Below are positions 27,534 to 37,505 of a stretch of 41,917 nucleotides of DNA, piece after piece. Under the pieces are notes generated by a model that ran no database searches, was not told the origin of the DNA, and saw only the letters and a list, made by a program, of their open reading frames with translations. Positions within the stretch are counted from its first letter, which is position 1. Every line of letters begins with the position of its first letter. A program made the position numbers and the translations under genes. The stretch comes from a virus (Duplodnaviria > Caudoviricetes), in IMG/VR virus record IMGVR_UViG_3300049847_000328, positions 1 through 41,917 of that record. One strand, 5' to 3'.

Positions 27534-29248
27534 TAAAATTCTCTAATTAATGCAATTGAACCAGTACCAAAATTGACATTTGAAAGGTTAACTTCAGATC
27601 TAAATTGAGGTAAAATTAATCCTGCTGTTGTACATATAAAAGACCCTTTTATATTTGCAATATACCAGTCAGGTTGAATTGTTGGTGTACCAGTTCCTAC
27701 AACAACATCACCTAATGTTGTTATACTTCCTGTAAAAAGTGCTGCGGTTCCATCTGCAGCTACCGGCATGTTTACTTGACACGCAAGTGACCCTGCGGCT
27801 CCATTTGTTGTTCCAATGGTTAATGTTATACCTGTCGTAGTTGCCGCTGCTCTAAATTTAATTGTATATTCTAAATAATAAGTTTTACCTACGGTCGCGG
27901 TAAATCCTAGTTCTGCAACATTTGATAATGTTACGTTTGATCCTGTAATAATATCTGCAGTTGTTATTAATTCGTTCCATGCTGCAGCATTTGCATTAAT
28001 TTGATTAATTTGACCCTGAATTTTACCAAATGCTTGAAGAATTGTATCTGTTGCAGCAATGGCCGTATTAGTTCCAACTGTATATCCAGTTAAAACTACA
28101 GATCTAACTGCTGTAGCAAAATCGGTAACTGCTGTAGATACTATTGCAATTGCTGTTGCTGTAACACCAGCAATGTGTCCTGTAGTTTCTATAGTAATGA
28201 CAGGAACAGTAGATGCAGAACCGTATGTCCCGGCGGTTCCGAAAGTATTATGATTTATTGTTCTATTTGTAGATAAATCTCCGCCGCCGTTTAAACTTGT
28301 ACCTGCTGATATAGTTGTTGATTTATCTGCTTTTAATCCTAAATTTGTTGCAACTGATGTACTTAAACTTGTTAATTGAGCTTGTAAGTAACCAAAAGCT
28401 TGTAAAATAGTATCCGTAGCCGCGATGGCCTGCGCAGTCGCAGTGCTTAATCCAGTTAATACTGTCGATCTAACTGTATTAGCAAAATCAGAAATTGTAG
28501 ATGAAGTTTGAGTTCCAGTATGATTGGATCTAGCTCTATTTGCTGTATCTCTGGCATTTAATTGAGAAGGTGTTTCATATCCATTTGGATTTGATGCATC
28601 GTATTTTAAATTTAAAGCAGTCTGCGTTGCAGTTGAAATTGGTTTATTTGCATCACTAGTATTATCAACGTTAGATAATCCTACTGCGGTTTTATCTAAA
28701 GTTTGAAATGTTTTATCACCACGGTAATATTGACCAGTCGTACCTGCAGTTACTGTATTTTCTTTACCATTTAAAGCAGTTTGAGTTGCTGTGGATATTG
28801 GTTTATTTAAATCAGATGTATTATCAACGTTTTGTAAATCTATATTTGTTTTAGCATTTGTTTTTTGAGTACTATTTAAACCTTGTGCTGCTGTATCTAC
28901 TCTTAATCTATTTGCTAATGCAGATGCAGTTGTTGCTGCAAAATTTGGATCATTACCAAGAGCAGCGGCTAATTCATTTAAAGTATCTAATGTTGATCCT
29001 GCGCCGTTAATTAAATTATTAATTGCTGTTGATATTTTTGTATCAACAACAGTAGATAAGTCATAATCCTGTAAAGCAAGAGCAATAGCTGCGGCAACAT
29101 TTGTTGTTGTTTCATATTTACTTACGGCACCGGTACTATTTTTAATATAAAATGCACCATCGGCAATATCAATACCAACATATAAATGATCAGAATCAGG
29201 ATTACCGCTTGGTATTGTTGCTTTTTTCCAATTAATTATGCCAGCCAT
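27533..29248 (-). CDS. Fibre protein (head/collar or tail fibre)
   Basis: LDTLNELAAALGNDPNFA, two VDNTSD.NKPISTATQTAL, two AIAATDTILQAFG repeats. Confidence 0.85.
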   Translation of the reverse strand: MAGIINWKKATIPSGNPDSDHLYVGIDIADGAFYIKNSTGAVSKYETTTNVAAAIALALQDYDLSTVVDTKISTAINNLINGAGSTLDTLNELAAALGNDPNFAATTASALANRLRVDTAAQGLNSTQKTNAKTNIDLQNVDNTSDLNKPISTATQTALNGKENTVTAGTTGQYYRGDKTFQTLDKTAVGLSNVDNTSDANKPISTATQTALNLKYDASNPNGYETPSQLNARDTANRARSNHTGTQTSSTISDFANTVRSTVLTGLSTATAQAIAATDTILQAFGYLQAQLTSLSTSVATNLGLKADKSTTISAGTSLNGGGDLSTNRTINHNTFGTAGTYGSASTVPVITIETTGHIAGVTATAIAIVSTAVTDFATAVRSVVLTGYTVGTNTAIAATDTILQAFGKIQGQINQINANAAAWNELITTADIITGSNVTLSNVAELGFTATVGKTYYLEYTIKFRAAATTTGITLTIGTTNGAAGSLACQVNMPVAADGTAALFTGSITTLGDVVVGTGTPTIQPDWYIANIKGSFICTTAGLILPQFRSEVNLSNVNFGTGSIALIREF

Positions 29249-29412
29249 AAATCACCTTCTAATGTTAGTATTCCATCAAGAGTTAACGATGTAAAGTTAA
29301 TAGATTGATATTTAAACTCAATAGTAAGTTCTTCATTATCTTCTATAATAGATTGACCAGAATAAATATCTGGTTGAGATTCATCTACCCTTACACCGCT
29401 TTGTATTGCCAT
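29236..29412 (-). CDS. Small structural protein (58 aa)
   Basis: MAIQSGVRVDES...LTLDGILTLEGDLWLA; coupled at both ends; not in ORF track. Confidence 0.7.
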   Translation of the reverse strand: MAIQSGVRVDESQPDIYSGQSIIEDNEELTIEFKYQSINFTSLTLDGILTLEGDLWLA

Positions 29413-29897
29413 TATGCTTCCTCAAGAAATCTTACATCTTGTGAACCAGATGCAGATATCATATATATCGCAATTGCCGGTCCCCATGCATATGTTGCAG
29501 AACTATTTCTACTAATTTTAATACCGTTAGCAGATGTAACACCCGTAGCGCCGATATAAACGTCTTTACTACCTTCGTTTTGAATTGTAACTTGTTTACG
29601 ATTGGCAAGGGGAGTTACTAAAACTTGTGCTGCTGTTGCTGTTACTGTTTCTGCTGAATTTTTAATTGCAACATTAATTGGTGCAACTGATACAGAACCA
29701 CTAACACTTACCGAACCGGCTACTGGAATTGGATTATTTGCATCGTTTTTAATTTCAACTTCGTTACTTACTGTAACGTTAATATTTTCTAGTGCGGCTA
29801 AAGATTCGTCACTTAACTGGACTCTTAGTGTTTCGTCATCGACGGCGCCTGCGCCTTTTGTTAAAAATAACTCATCTAAATGAATTCCTGCCGACAT
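29412..29897 (-). CDS. Virion structural protein
   Basis: AGGAGG RBS; NRKQVTIQN...VYIG jelly-roll-like motif. Confidence 0.7.
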   Translation of the reverse strand: MSAGIHLDELFLTKGAGAVDDETLRVQLSDESLAALENINVTVSNEVEIKNDANNPIPVAGSVSVSGSVSVAPINVAIKNSAETVTATAAQVLVTPLANRKQVTIQNEGSKDVYIGATGVTSANGIKISRNSSATYAWGPAIAIYMISASGSQDVRFLEEA

Positions 29898-29905
29898 TTA
29901 TCCTC

Positions 29906-30322
29906 CTACGGATTGCGTTGTATTAGTATTTCAACCGTGTCTGCTGCCTCGCACAGAAGGTATATTTTTAAATTGGAATAGAAGGCACTGTCTTTAAAAT
30001 TACAGCCCTTTCTAATAGTAATATATTCAATATCTGTATTACCAGATATATACGCCAGTTTAAGTTCTTTTGACGTTCTAGACCTAATATATACCGATTT
30101 TACATTGGTACCGCAGTCAATTTCAGACTCTACATTTGCGGCTAAATTTGAGTTAATTATAACAGGATTAGTGTCGGTATTACCAGATATTGAATTAATG
30201 GCATTAACGATATCTTCATCGTCAATATTAACAAACGATTCGTTTAAATCTGGATCATATTTAAACTTTTTTAACTCTAAATCGTCTCTATTATCACCGC
30301 GTTGGGGAGTACGTTTAGCCAT
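29906..30322 (-). CDS. Hypothetical structural protein
   Basis: GGAGG RBS; late operon. Confidence 0.7.
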   Translation of the reverse strand: MAKRTPQRGDNRDDLELKKFKYDPDLNESFVNIDDEDIVNAINSISGNTDTNPVIINSNLAANVESEIDCGTNVKSVYIRSRTSKELKLAYISGNTDIEYITIRKGCNFKDSAFYSNLKIYLLCEAADTVEILIQRNP

Positions 30323-30509
30323 CTAAACCCTCCGCCTGTTCTGCTATTAGCGGTATTTCGTACCAACAAGTCCACATTCCTTGTGCAAATGAAAAATCAT
30401 AAAATACAATTTTCATCTTTAATCTAAGTTGTAAACGTAACATTAACCCACGTAAGTCGGCTTTAGTCTTAGCTTCTAAATATGCTGGGACTGTTAACGG
30501 TTTATTCAT
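30315..30509 (-). CDS. Hypothetical protein
   Basis: Follows capsid terminator; coupled to next gene. Confidence 0.65.
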   Translation of the reverse strand: MNKPLTVPAYLEAKTKADLRGLMLRLQLRLKMKIVFYDFSFAQGMWTCWYEIPLIAEQAEGLDG

Positions 30510-30522
30510 TACATCTCACATT

Positions 30523-30556
30523 AAAAAAGAAATAGAGGGCCTTGGTAGACCCTCTA
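30523..30556 (-). terminator. Intrinsic terminator after major capsid gene
   Basis: UAGAGGGUC-6 nt-GGCCCUCUA then UUUCUUUUUU. Confidence 0.85.
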
Positions 30557-30567
30557 GGATTAGCTTA

Positions 30568-31419
30568 TTATACGCTAAACTTAACGCCTTTTTTGCCTTC
30601 ATAAGTAAGGCATAGTCCCCAACCGGCAGCAAATGAATAATCAGTTGCGCGGAGAGTAACGTGAGCGCGCTGAGACTCAAAAGAGATATCAGATTGAATT
30701 GCATAAGCAACACACTCTTGATGATACGCAAAAGATTGTGCAGCAGTCAAAAGATTGGACACGATAACTCGGAATCCAAATACTCGACCAATTTCACCAT
30801 TAAGAAGTGCATCTCTAGCTCCATACTCATCAGCTTTGATAAAGTTAGGAAGATTCAACATATCTTGCTCACGCTCTGGAGAGATGAGAAGATAACGGTT
30901 ATCAGCACTAACATTATTTCTGTTAAGTTTTTTACGAGCTTCAGTAATATCAGCAAGAGCAAGTGTAGAACCTGCGCCAGTGTATGTTACTGCATCTGTA
31001 AGAGTAGCAAGAACTGCAATTGCTTCTTTATCCATATAAAGAGCAAATTCTCTACCTGCTTTACGTGAAAGTTCCGCTTCGAGGTTAACAACAGACTGTT
31101 GAGAAACGCGATCAGGAATACGGTAAGACAAGTTCTTCCATTTATTCAATACGATACTGTCAACTTCAAGATCAGCAGCAACATAACTAACAGCGGTTTC
31201 GCCATCAGGGTTTTGTGTTGCAGGATCACCGAAGCGTCCAGATGAATCAGTATCAAAACGAGGCAAATCGATTTGCTTCATTCCTTTACCTGCCATAGAC
31301 GATTTATTGTCCATAGTAGGAAGAACCACTACTGACTCAAGTAGTTCTTGTTGTACGATACTAGAGATAACTGTACTTTCAGTCATTCCAGTGTTAGCTG
31401 CGCTAGTAAAAGCTGCCAT
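30568..31419 (-). CDS. Major capsid protein (HK97 fold)
   Basis: NRYLLISP, NGEIGRVFGFRVIVSN motifs; follows scaffold; strong RBS and terminator. Confidence 0.92.
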   Translation of the reverse strand: MAAFTSAANTGMTESTVISSIVQQELLESVVVLPTMDNKSSMAGKGMKQIDLPRFDTDSSGRFGDPATQNPDGETAVSYVAADLEVDSIVLNKWKNLSYRIPDRVSQQSVVNLEAELSRKAGREFALYMDKEAIAVLATLTDAVTYTGAGSTLALADITEARKKLNRNNVSADNRYLLISPEREQDMLNLPNFIKADEYGARDALLNGEIGRVFGFRVIVSNLLTAAQSFAYHQECVAYAIQSDISFESQRAHVTLRATDYSFAAGWGLCLTYEGKKGVKFSV

Positions 31420-31431
31420 AATTAACTCCTA

Positions 31432-32025
31432 TTATTGTTTATTTTTAAGTTTCATTTCTGCCAAATATGCCATTTTTTCTTGAATGGTCATTTGGTCTAA
31501 CGATTTAGGTGGAGTGACTTCTCCGTTAGAAGCAGCATGGCCTGTAATATTTGCATTCTCAGATTTTGGAATCAATGCACCGTGCTTTTGCCTAAACTCA
31601 TTCGCTACCGTGACTAACGAATTTTTGTTTAGTGATCCATCTTCATTGAACTCAATACTATCAATATTTGCATGAACTAAGTACTCATCGCGAACATTCG
31701 CTCCAAGTTCTTTTTTAAGTTCAACCATTTTTAAGGACTTAAGATAGCGGTTTTGCTGGTCTCTAGCCTTTTGTTTTTCTGCTTCTAGTTCTGATGCCCG
31801 TTTCTCTGCAAGTTCCTTCCAACGTTGTTGTTCGACCATTTTCTCCTCCTCAATGGATTTGACTTTGGTCTGATATTCATTTAAAGACGCTTGAAGTTCC
31901 TTCATTTGCGCCTTATATTTATGCATATCTTTACTAACATCTTCGTACGCTTTTTTAGAAACGAACGCTTCTGATTCCTGCTTACTAGCGGTTTCAGTTG
32001 TAACACTGTTACTATTATCTTCCAT
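31432..32025 (-). CDS. Capsid scaffolding protein
   Basis: Coiled-coil, charged; directly upstream of capsid gene. Confidence 0.85.
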   Translation of the reverse strand: MEDNSNSVTTETASKQESEAFVSKKAYEDVSKDMHKYKAQMKELQASLNEYQTKVKSIEEEKMVEQQRWKELAEKRASELEAEKQKARDQQNRYLKSLKMVELKKELGANVRDEYLVHANIDSIEFNEDGSLNKNSLVTVANEFRQKHGALIPKSENANITGHAASNGEVTPPKSLDQMTIQEKMAYLAEMKLKNKQ

Positions 32026-32042
32026 TCTATACCTCCGGGTAA

Positions 32043-32504
32043 CTACCCTTTGTTAAAACTATCCTTAATTTTATTTTGTAAAAACCTAAGAACTTCGTTT
32101 ACTTCACTCTTAGAGAGATTCATAAACTTTCGACCTTGATTTGCCTGGTCGGTAGCCTTCTTTTGGTTATCACTGCCTTCTATATATATTCTAACCTCAG
32201 TTGCACTAGACTGATATTTAATAGAATCTAGCATTTGTCCAGTTTCGGTTAAATTTGATTTGGCAGGTGCGGTCTGGCTACTTAATTTGCCAGATTTCTT
32301 TTTAGATGTTCTAATTTTTTTAGTTGAATCGGCTAAAGGCTTTAATGGTTCTAAGCTACCTTCAGATTGCGATACGCCTTTACCAAGCCTAGTTCTATTT
32401 TTAATAGATTGAGAAGTTATCTTCCCGATACCATCAAAAGTTTCTTTATTTAAGACATTAGCTAGTGCTTTATCTAGCTTATCTTTTAGATCTTTAAAAT
32501 CCAA
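32043..32504 (-). CDS. Virion morphogenesis (neck/tail completion) protein
   Basis: LKPLADST...SNLTETGQMLDSI motif. Confidence 0.75.
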   Translation of the reverse strand: MDFKDLKDKLDKALANVLNKETFDGIGKITSQSIKNRTRLGKGVSQSEGSLEPLKPLADSTKKIRTSKKKSGKLSSQTAPAKSNLTETGQMLDSIKYQSSATEVRIYIEGSDNQKKATDQANQGRKFMNLSKSEVNEVLRFLQNKIKDSFNKG

Positions 32505-32976
32505 GTATCTTCCTAACTATATTATCAGCTAATGATTTAGTTGCATTAGTTTGAAATGAAACATCGCTAGAACTATTTCGGGCTATGATTTTGTTAAGGT
32601 CTTTTTCTGATATACCGAAGAATTTTCTTGGTGATTGTTTACCTGACTTTTGACCAGATGGAGTTTGAATCCATTTCGCTTTTTTTGCTGCTTCCGCATC
32701 CTCAAACCCAAGTTTGATATAACCAACACCATGACTAATAACAGATATAGTTCCAAGCATTTCTCCAGTTAAAGACAGGTTAACCTTGCTGCTTCCGCCG
32801 TGTCCTATTTTGTATTCAAATGTATTTTTATAACTACTTTTATATGGAGCAAATGGTTCGTTATTAATATCTAGGCCGTTTTTTGTTCGCTCAATAATAA
32901 AATCAACAACGTCAAGACCAATTGCTTCACGTTGTAATGCTGTTAAATTTTGTGGAACATTAATTAGTAGAGTCAT
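32494..32976 (-). CDS. Virion morphogenesis protein, paralogue of 32043-32504
   Basis: FAPYKSSY...VNLSLTGEML, RKFFGIS. Confidence 0.75.
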   Translation of the reverse strand: MTLLINVPQNLTALQREAIGLDVVDFIIERTKNGLDINNEPFAPYKSSYKNTFEYKIGHGGSSKVNLSLTGEMLGTISVISHGVGYIKLGFEDAEAAKKAKWIQTPSGQKSGKQSPRKFFGISEKDLNKIIARNSSSDVSFQTNATKSLADNIVRKILGF

Positions 32977-34498
32977 TAGTTGGTTTTATTCCTTGATTAG
33001 GTGCAGTTGTAGTTTTATTAGCGAACTGCGTTAATCCTGGTGTAATTCCCATATCTAACATATCATTTTTTTCTTGTAATAGCTCAGCTTCAACATCATC
33101 AAGTCTGGCCTGTAATTGTTCTGTTGTTAGGTCAGGATAAAGCTCTTGAAGTGCCTGTTTACGTGTCAATAACTTTAATTCTCTACCAATTTTAATTTTT
33201 TCATACTTTTGTTTTTCAGATTCTAATGGTCGAATCTCAGCAAATCGAATTGACATATTTAACGGGAAGTTTTCGCTAAATAATCGTTTTTCTTCTACCA
33301 ATCCTGCGCGCGAGATATAATCTTGAATTGATTTAATCTTATTCCATAAATCATCTTCAACAATTCTAAAAATTTCCATTTGATTCTTGCGGGCATCAGT
33401 AGCATCGGACTCATCAATAATTTTTGAAACACCGGATGCATCTTGTGTACCATCCATGTTACCAATACCACCGGATTTAAGTCCTTCTGTTGTAAGATAT
33501 GTTGCTAATTGAAATTCAATTAACTGAAGAACGCCAGCAATATCTGTCTTAGGATCAATTGTACCAATTTCTGGACTAATTGAAGGATTCGCAGGATCAC
33601 TATCACCTAGATTAACAATTGCATCAGGATTAATTTCTGCGCCAGCTAGATTTGCATTCTTAGTCCAAATAACAGAATGAGATAAAAATTGTGCTGCGTA
33701 GTTAAGATCTGTTAATAGTTTTGGAATTAAAATACCTACATCAAGTGCTGTTTTATTTGGGTAAGGCATTAGTTCTAGTTTAGAAGTATTGATATATACA
33801 AATGGAATAACGCCAAATGGATTTTTAGTAGATGTTGCACCCATATTAGCCATCAAATCAGTTCTGATATCACCAGATGAGTCAATAATCATAAATTCAT
33901 TATCACTATATAAAGCAAAATTATCAACAATAGTAACTTCTGTAAAAGCAGGAATTTTATTACCGTTCTTATCGACTTCGCTAACAACTCGCTTCTCGTC
34001 CTTAGGCAACAATTTAATAAATACTGTTGGTTTATTAGGATCAATAATACTATCGGAGTAGACGAGAAATTGGTGTGCGGCTAGAACTTTAACTTTGAGT
34101 TTACCTTCATCGACATACAATTCTAACGCAGAACGACGATTAAGATTTGTCATTCTATTTGCTGTGATCAATTGATTTTCAAGTCCTGCGCGTTGGCGCA
34201 GTTCCTTCATTAAACTATTGTCATTTTCGTTATCACACATACGTAAAGCAGGTTCGTTATAAACCTTTGATAACTTATCATTAACTTTTTTAACAATATT
34301 AATTGAGGGAATACGTTGAATTGCTCTGTGATATGCTGCAGGGCTTACCATCTCCATAGCTAAAGATTGTTTAATTTCTTCCGCTACCTGGCCCTCATAA
34401 AAACGATATAATCTAAGGTCAAAAGCTAAATGGTCCCGGTTGTTATTGATATATCTTAGAATCTCCGGAATCATTTCTTTTAATGGCTTGCGTGTCAT
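32960..34498 (-). CDS. Portal protein
   Basis: 512 aa after terminase; NPFGVIPFV and ASGVS motifs. Confidence 0.9.
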   Translation of the reverse strand: MTRKPLKEMIPEILRYINNNRDHLAFDLRLYRFYEGQVAEEIKQSLAMEMVSPAAYHRAIQRIPSINIVKKVNDKLSKVYNEPALRMCDNENDNSLMKELRQRAGLENQLITANRMTNLNRRSALELYVDEGKLKVKVLAAHQFLVYSDSIIDPNKPTVFIKLLPKDEKRVVSEVDKNGNKIPAFTEVTIVDNFALYSDNEFMIIDSSGDIRTDLMANMGATSTKNPFGVIPFVYINTSKLELMPYPNKTALDVGILIPKLLTDLNYAAQFLSHSVIWTKNANLAGAEINPDAIVNLGDSDPANPSISPEIGTIDPKTDIAGVLQLIEFQLATYLTTEGLKSGGIGNMDGTQDASGVSKIIDESDATDARKNQMEIFRIVEDDLWNKIKSIQDYISRAGLVEEKRLFSENFPLNMSIRFAEIRPLESEKQKYEKIKIGRELKLLTRKQALQELYPDLTTEQLQARLDDVEAELLQEKNDMLDMGITPGLTQFANKTTTAPNQGIKPTNDSTN

Positions 34499-34508
34499 TT
34501 AGCATCCT

Positions 34509-35711
34509 TTAGTAGTATGTGATACTAGCATTACGTTTAGGTTTAACTAACGGGTCTATACCCCATGCGGCATAACCTAAAGCATCTGATATATGACTCA
34601 ACATAGGATCATCATTATCATGGACTAGTTGCTCTAAATCTTTAATTAAATACTTACACTTAGGGCTTATCCTAATATAATTATATTCAAAAAGCCTGTT
34701 TACGTTGTTTTGTCGGTCTTTTACGTGAGGGTTTTTAAAGGCTAACACATTGAAATTAGCTCGTTTTAGTATCTCATGATCTGTAGTTTGACTACTTGAT
34801 TTTCGTCTATTACCGGTTTCATCGGCAAATACGCTAAACGGTTTACCTGGGTATCTTTTAGAAATTTCTCTAGCTGCCTCAAAAGTATTACTATTTTCAA
34901 GATGAAGTTCGTCAAATATATGAATTTCTCGGCCTCGCCTTAAAAAGAATATAGCACATAACGGATGAACGTTAAAATCCATGCCTATATATAAGTGATC
35001 ATTAGGTAAAATGTCTACTGGTTTAATATGTTTATTCCTATCAAAGGCATAATAGACTGTACCGGAATTAAGGTTAACAAATTCACCATCAAGTTCCTGT
35101 TTTGATAATCTAGAGTCGTATTGTTCTTTAAGCTGCTTAACGTAACTTTCTGGCAAGTTAACCATATTGTCAGTTGTGCGTGAACGAATGACTTCTTTAT
35201 TGTCTGCACTTGTAACAATGAAAAAATCATACAACCAATTAAACCCATTTGGTGTTGTTGTACCCTTCCATTGGCAAGGACCTTTTTTGTCCCGTATACG
35301 ACCAATCAAAACATCAAATCCTTCTTTTTTATAGAAGGCACACTCATCAGACCAAGCCCATCCAACTTCTATACCGCGAAGTGCATCATACTTCTCCATT
35401 GATGCGCAATAAATAATGGTGTCGTTAATTTCTATGTATGAGTTATTAATATTATACTTGTAGCTAATACCTAATTGGTCACATAAATTAAAAAATGATA
35501 CAAGAGTTGCTTTTTTAAGCTGAGAGTATGTATTGGCAGTTATAAGACCTGGGGTATTTGGATATTTATGGATCATCATGATTGCCCATATTGCACCAGC
35601 AAATGTTTTACCTGACCCGAGTCCACCACAAAACAATACTCTATCTTTAAGCGATTCAACAAAGTCTAGTTGACTTATTGAAAGCTCTAACTCTTTATTT
35701 TGTCTCGTCAT
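34509..35711 (-). CDS. terL: Terminase large subunit
   Basis: GGLGSGKT, WAWSDE, TTTPNG, GMDFN, HISDALGY. Confidence 0.96.
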   Translation of the reverse strand: MTRQNKELELSISQLDFVESLKDRVLFCGGLGSGKTFAGAIWAIMMIHKYPNTPGLITANTYSQLKKATLVSFFNLCDQLGISYKYNINNSYIEINDTIIYCASMEKYDALRGIEVGWAWSDECAFYKKEGFDVLIGRIRDKKGPCQWKGTTTPNGFNWLYDFFIVTSADNKEVIRSRTTDNMVNLPESYVKQLKEQYDSRLSKQELDGEFVNLNSGTVYYAFDRNKHIKPVDILPNDHLYIGMDFNVHPLCAIFFLRRGREIHIFDELHLENSNTFEAAREISKRYPGKPFSVFADETGNRRKSSSQTTDHEILKRANFNVLAFKNPHVKDRQNNVNRLFEYNYIRISPKCKYLIKDLEQLVHDNDDPMLSHISDALGYAAWGIDPLVKPKRNASITYY

Positions 35712-36111
35712 TTGATGCCTTCGGTACTACCGATAAACCATCTCTAGGTTTAAGAGTTATAAATTGAGGAGGTTGATTCTCTGATTTAGTTTCTTGATAT
35801 AAACCACTAATTTTATTAATCTCTTTTTGAATTTCTAATGCGTTTTTAATGTTACCTGCGTTAAGTGCAACGTTAAACATATGCTCAAGTCGATCTAGGA
35901 ATTTATTTTTAAGTAACGGAGTTGATTCCTCCGCCTTAGAGGCCCAACCTTTTGTAACCTCGCGGATATCCTCAAGTACTACACGTTTTTTGATTCCATA
36001 TTTTTCAGATACAATAGTTGCTATTTCAGTTTGAGTATTACCTTTGAGCATTAGGTCTTGCACAAATTCTCGGCGCATTATTAGTTCGCCTTTTGTAGAT
36101 TTTCTAGCCAT
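35695..36111 (-). CDS. terS: Terminase small subunit
   Basis: N-terminal HTH; overlaps terL start. Confidence 0.8.
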   Translation of the reverse strand: MARKSTKGELIMRREFVQDLMLKGNTQTEIATIVSEKYGIKKRVVLEDIREVTKGWASKAEESTPLLKNKFLDRLEHMFNVALNAGNIKNALEIQKEINKISGLYQETKSENQPPQFITLKPRDGLSVVPKASNDETK

Positions 36112-36156
36112 GTGGAACCTCCGTTGGCACTACTGAATATATTCCAAGGGGTAAAT

Positions 36157-36606
36157 ATGCGCGAAATCAAGGGTATTGTAGTTCATTGTTCCGCAAGTCC
36201 CGATTCAAGGGATTTTGGATTTAAAGATATTAACGAATGGCATAAAGTTCGAGGCTTTAAGTCTCCATCGGGAATTCATTGTGGCTATCATTATATAGTT
36301 AGAAGAAATGGAACTATTGAACGCGGCAGACCGGATTCTGAAGTCGGTGCGCATGTTGAAGGTCATAATTCTAAAACAATCGGTGTCGTTTGGATTGGCG
36401 AGAAGGTCCCTACAACTGTGCAATATACCGCACTAGTTCAAATAGTTCATGCAATCATGATTAAATACAATGTATCTATTGATAAAGTTCAAGGTCATTG
36501 TGAAATTGCACCAGAATCTAAAAAAGCTTGTCCTGTTATTGACATGAACAAGCTACGTGCTGAAATTATATTTAAACAAAAAGAAACTAAAGTCAGAAGG
36601 GACTAA
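36157..36606 (+). CDS. Endolysin, N-acetylmuramoyl-L-alanine amidase (T7 lysozyme-like)
   Basis: IVVHCSA, GYHY, GAHVEGHN, GH, KACP; RBS before ATG 36157. Confidence 0.93.
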   Translation: MREIKGIVVHCSASPDSRDFGFKDINEWHKVRGFKSPSGIHCGYHYIVRRNGTIERGRPDSEVGAHVEGHNSKTIGVVWIGEKVPTTVQYTALVQIVHAIMIKYNVSIDKVQGHCEIAPESKKACPVIDMNKLRAEIIFKQKETKVRRD

Positions 36607-36608
36607 TA

Positions 36609-37151
36609 ATGCTATCACTAATACTAACTACGTTTATTTCGCTTGCTCCGGCTAAAGAATTTAAACAAAACGACTACTGTAATCTAACAGAAATGATAAC
36701 TCATGAATCTGTAGCTAAAGCTATTACCTGCCTTAAAACAAAAAAGAAATTATTTGTATTTTCTAATGGCGGTCTTATGGATGCCGGAGATATTCTTTTA
36801 AAATATGTAAATAAACATAAAGTTACTGTGTTGTGCGTAAAATGTTACTCAATGGCAGCATTTTTATGGATCAACGCTGAAAATAAAGAGTTTGGTGAAG
36901 GCGGACAATTAATGTTCCATTACGGTTATATCATTGCTCAAGAAGGAACACCAATGACAATTGATGATCTTCGTAAAACTGCAGATGATCTTGAAAAATC
37001 AACAGAAGCATACTTTGATAATTCTCCAAAAGAACATAAAGAGTTTTTTATTCGTAAAATGAAACAAGAAGGCAATTACTTTTTTGGTCAAGAAGTATTG
37101 GACTCTTTACAAATTAAATATACATTAATTAATAAACCAAAAGCGGCATAA
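36609..37151 (+). CDS. Secreted ClpP/crotonase-fold protease-like protein
   Basis: Signal peptide; SNGG, CYSMAA, LMFH. Confidence 0.7.
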   Translation: MLSLILTTFISLAPAKEFKQNDYCNLTEMITHESVAKAITCLKTKKKLFVFSNGGLMDAGDILLKYVNKHKVTVLCVKCYSMAAFLWINAENKEFGEGGQLMFHYGYIIAQEGTPMTIDDLRKTADDLEKSTEAYFDNSPKEHKEFFIRKMKQEGNYFFGQEVLDSLQIKYTLINKPKAA

Positions 37152-37154
37152 TTT

Positions 37155-37505
37155 ATGAAAACGCACTCAGCTAAAGCAAAAGGTAGAAGGCTCCAACAAG
37201 AAGTTAGAGATAAACTTTTAGAAGTTTCAAAACTTCATGCTGATGATATCCGAAGTACTCCTATGGGGAGTAGCGGCGAGGATATTATGTTGAGTCCTGC
37301 AGCAAGAAGTAAATTCCCTTGGTCTATTGAATGTAAAAATGTTGAAAAATTGTCTATCTGGTCTGCTATAGAGCAGGCTAGATATAATGCTAAAGATCAT
37401 ACTCCGGTTGTTGTATTTACAAAGAATCATGAGACCACACAAGTCACTGTACCTTTTGAATACTTTATGAATTTATATCAATTTTATTTGGAGAATACAA
37501 AATGA
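37155..37505 (+). CDS. PD-(D/E)XK nuclease, Holliday junction resolvase-like
   Basis: SAKAKGRRLQ, GEDI, SIECKN. Confidence 0.8.
   Translation: MKTHSAKAKGRRLQQEVRDKLLEVSKLHADDIRSTPMGSSGEDIMLSPAARSKFPWSIECKNVEKLSIWSAIEQARYNAKDHTPVVVFTKNHETTQVTVPFEYFMNLYQFYLENTK

Noticed and set aside
17410-36034. Short plus-strand and nested ORFs within structural genes
   Set aside because: Antisense or out-of-frame shadows of long genes with no independent support
36124-36141. TTGGCAC as a sigma-54 late promoter
   Set aside because: No TTGC at the -12 position
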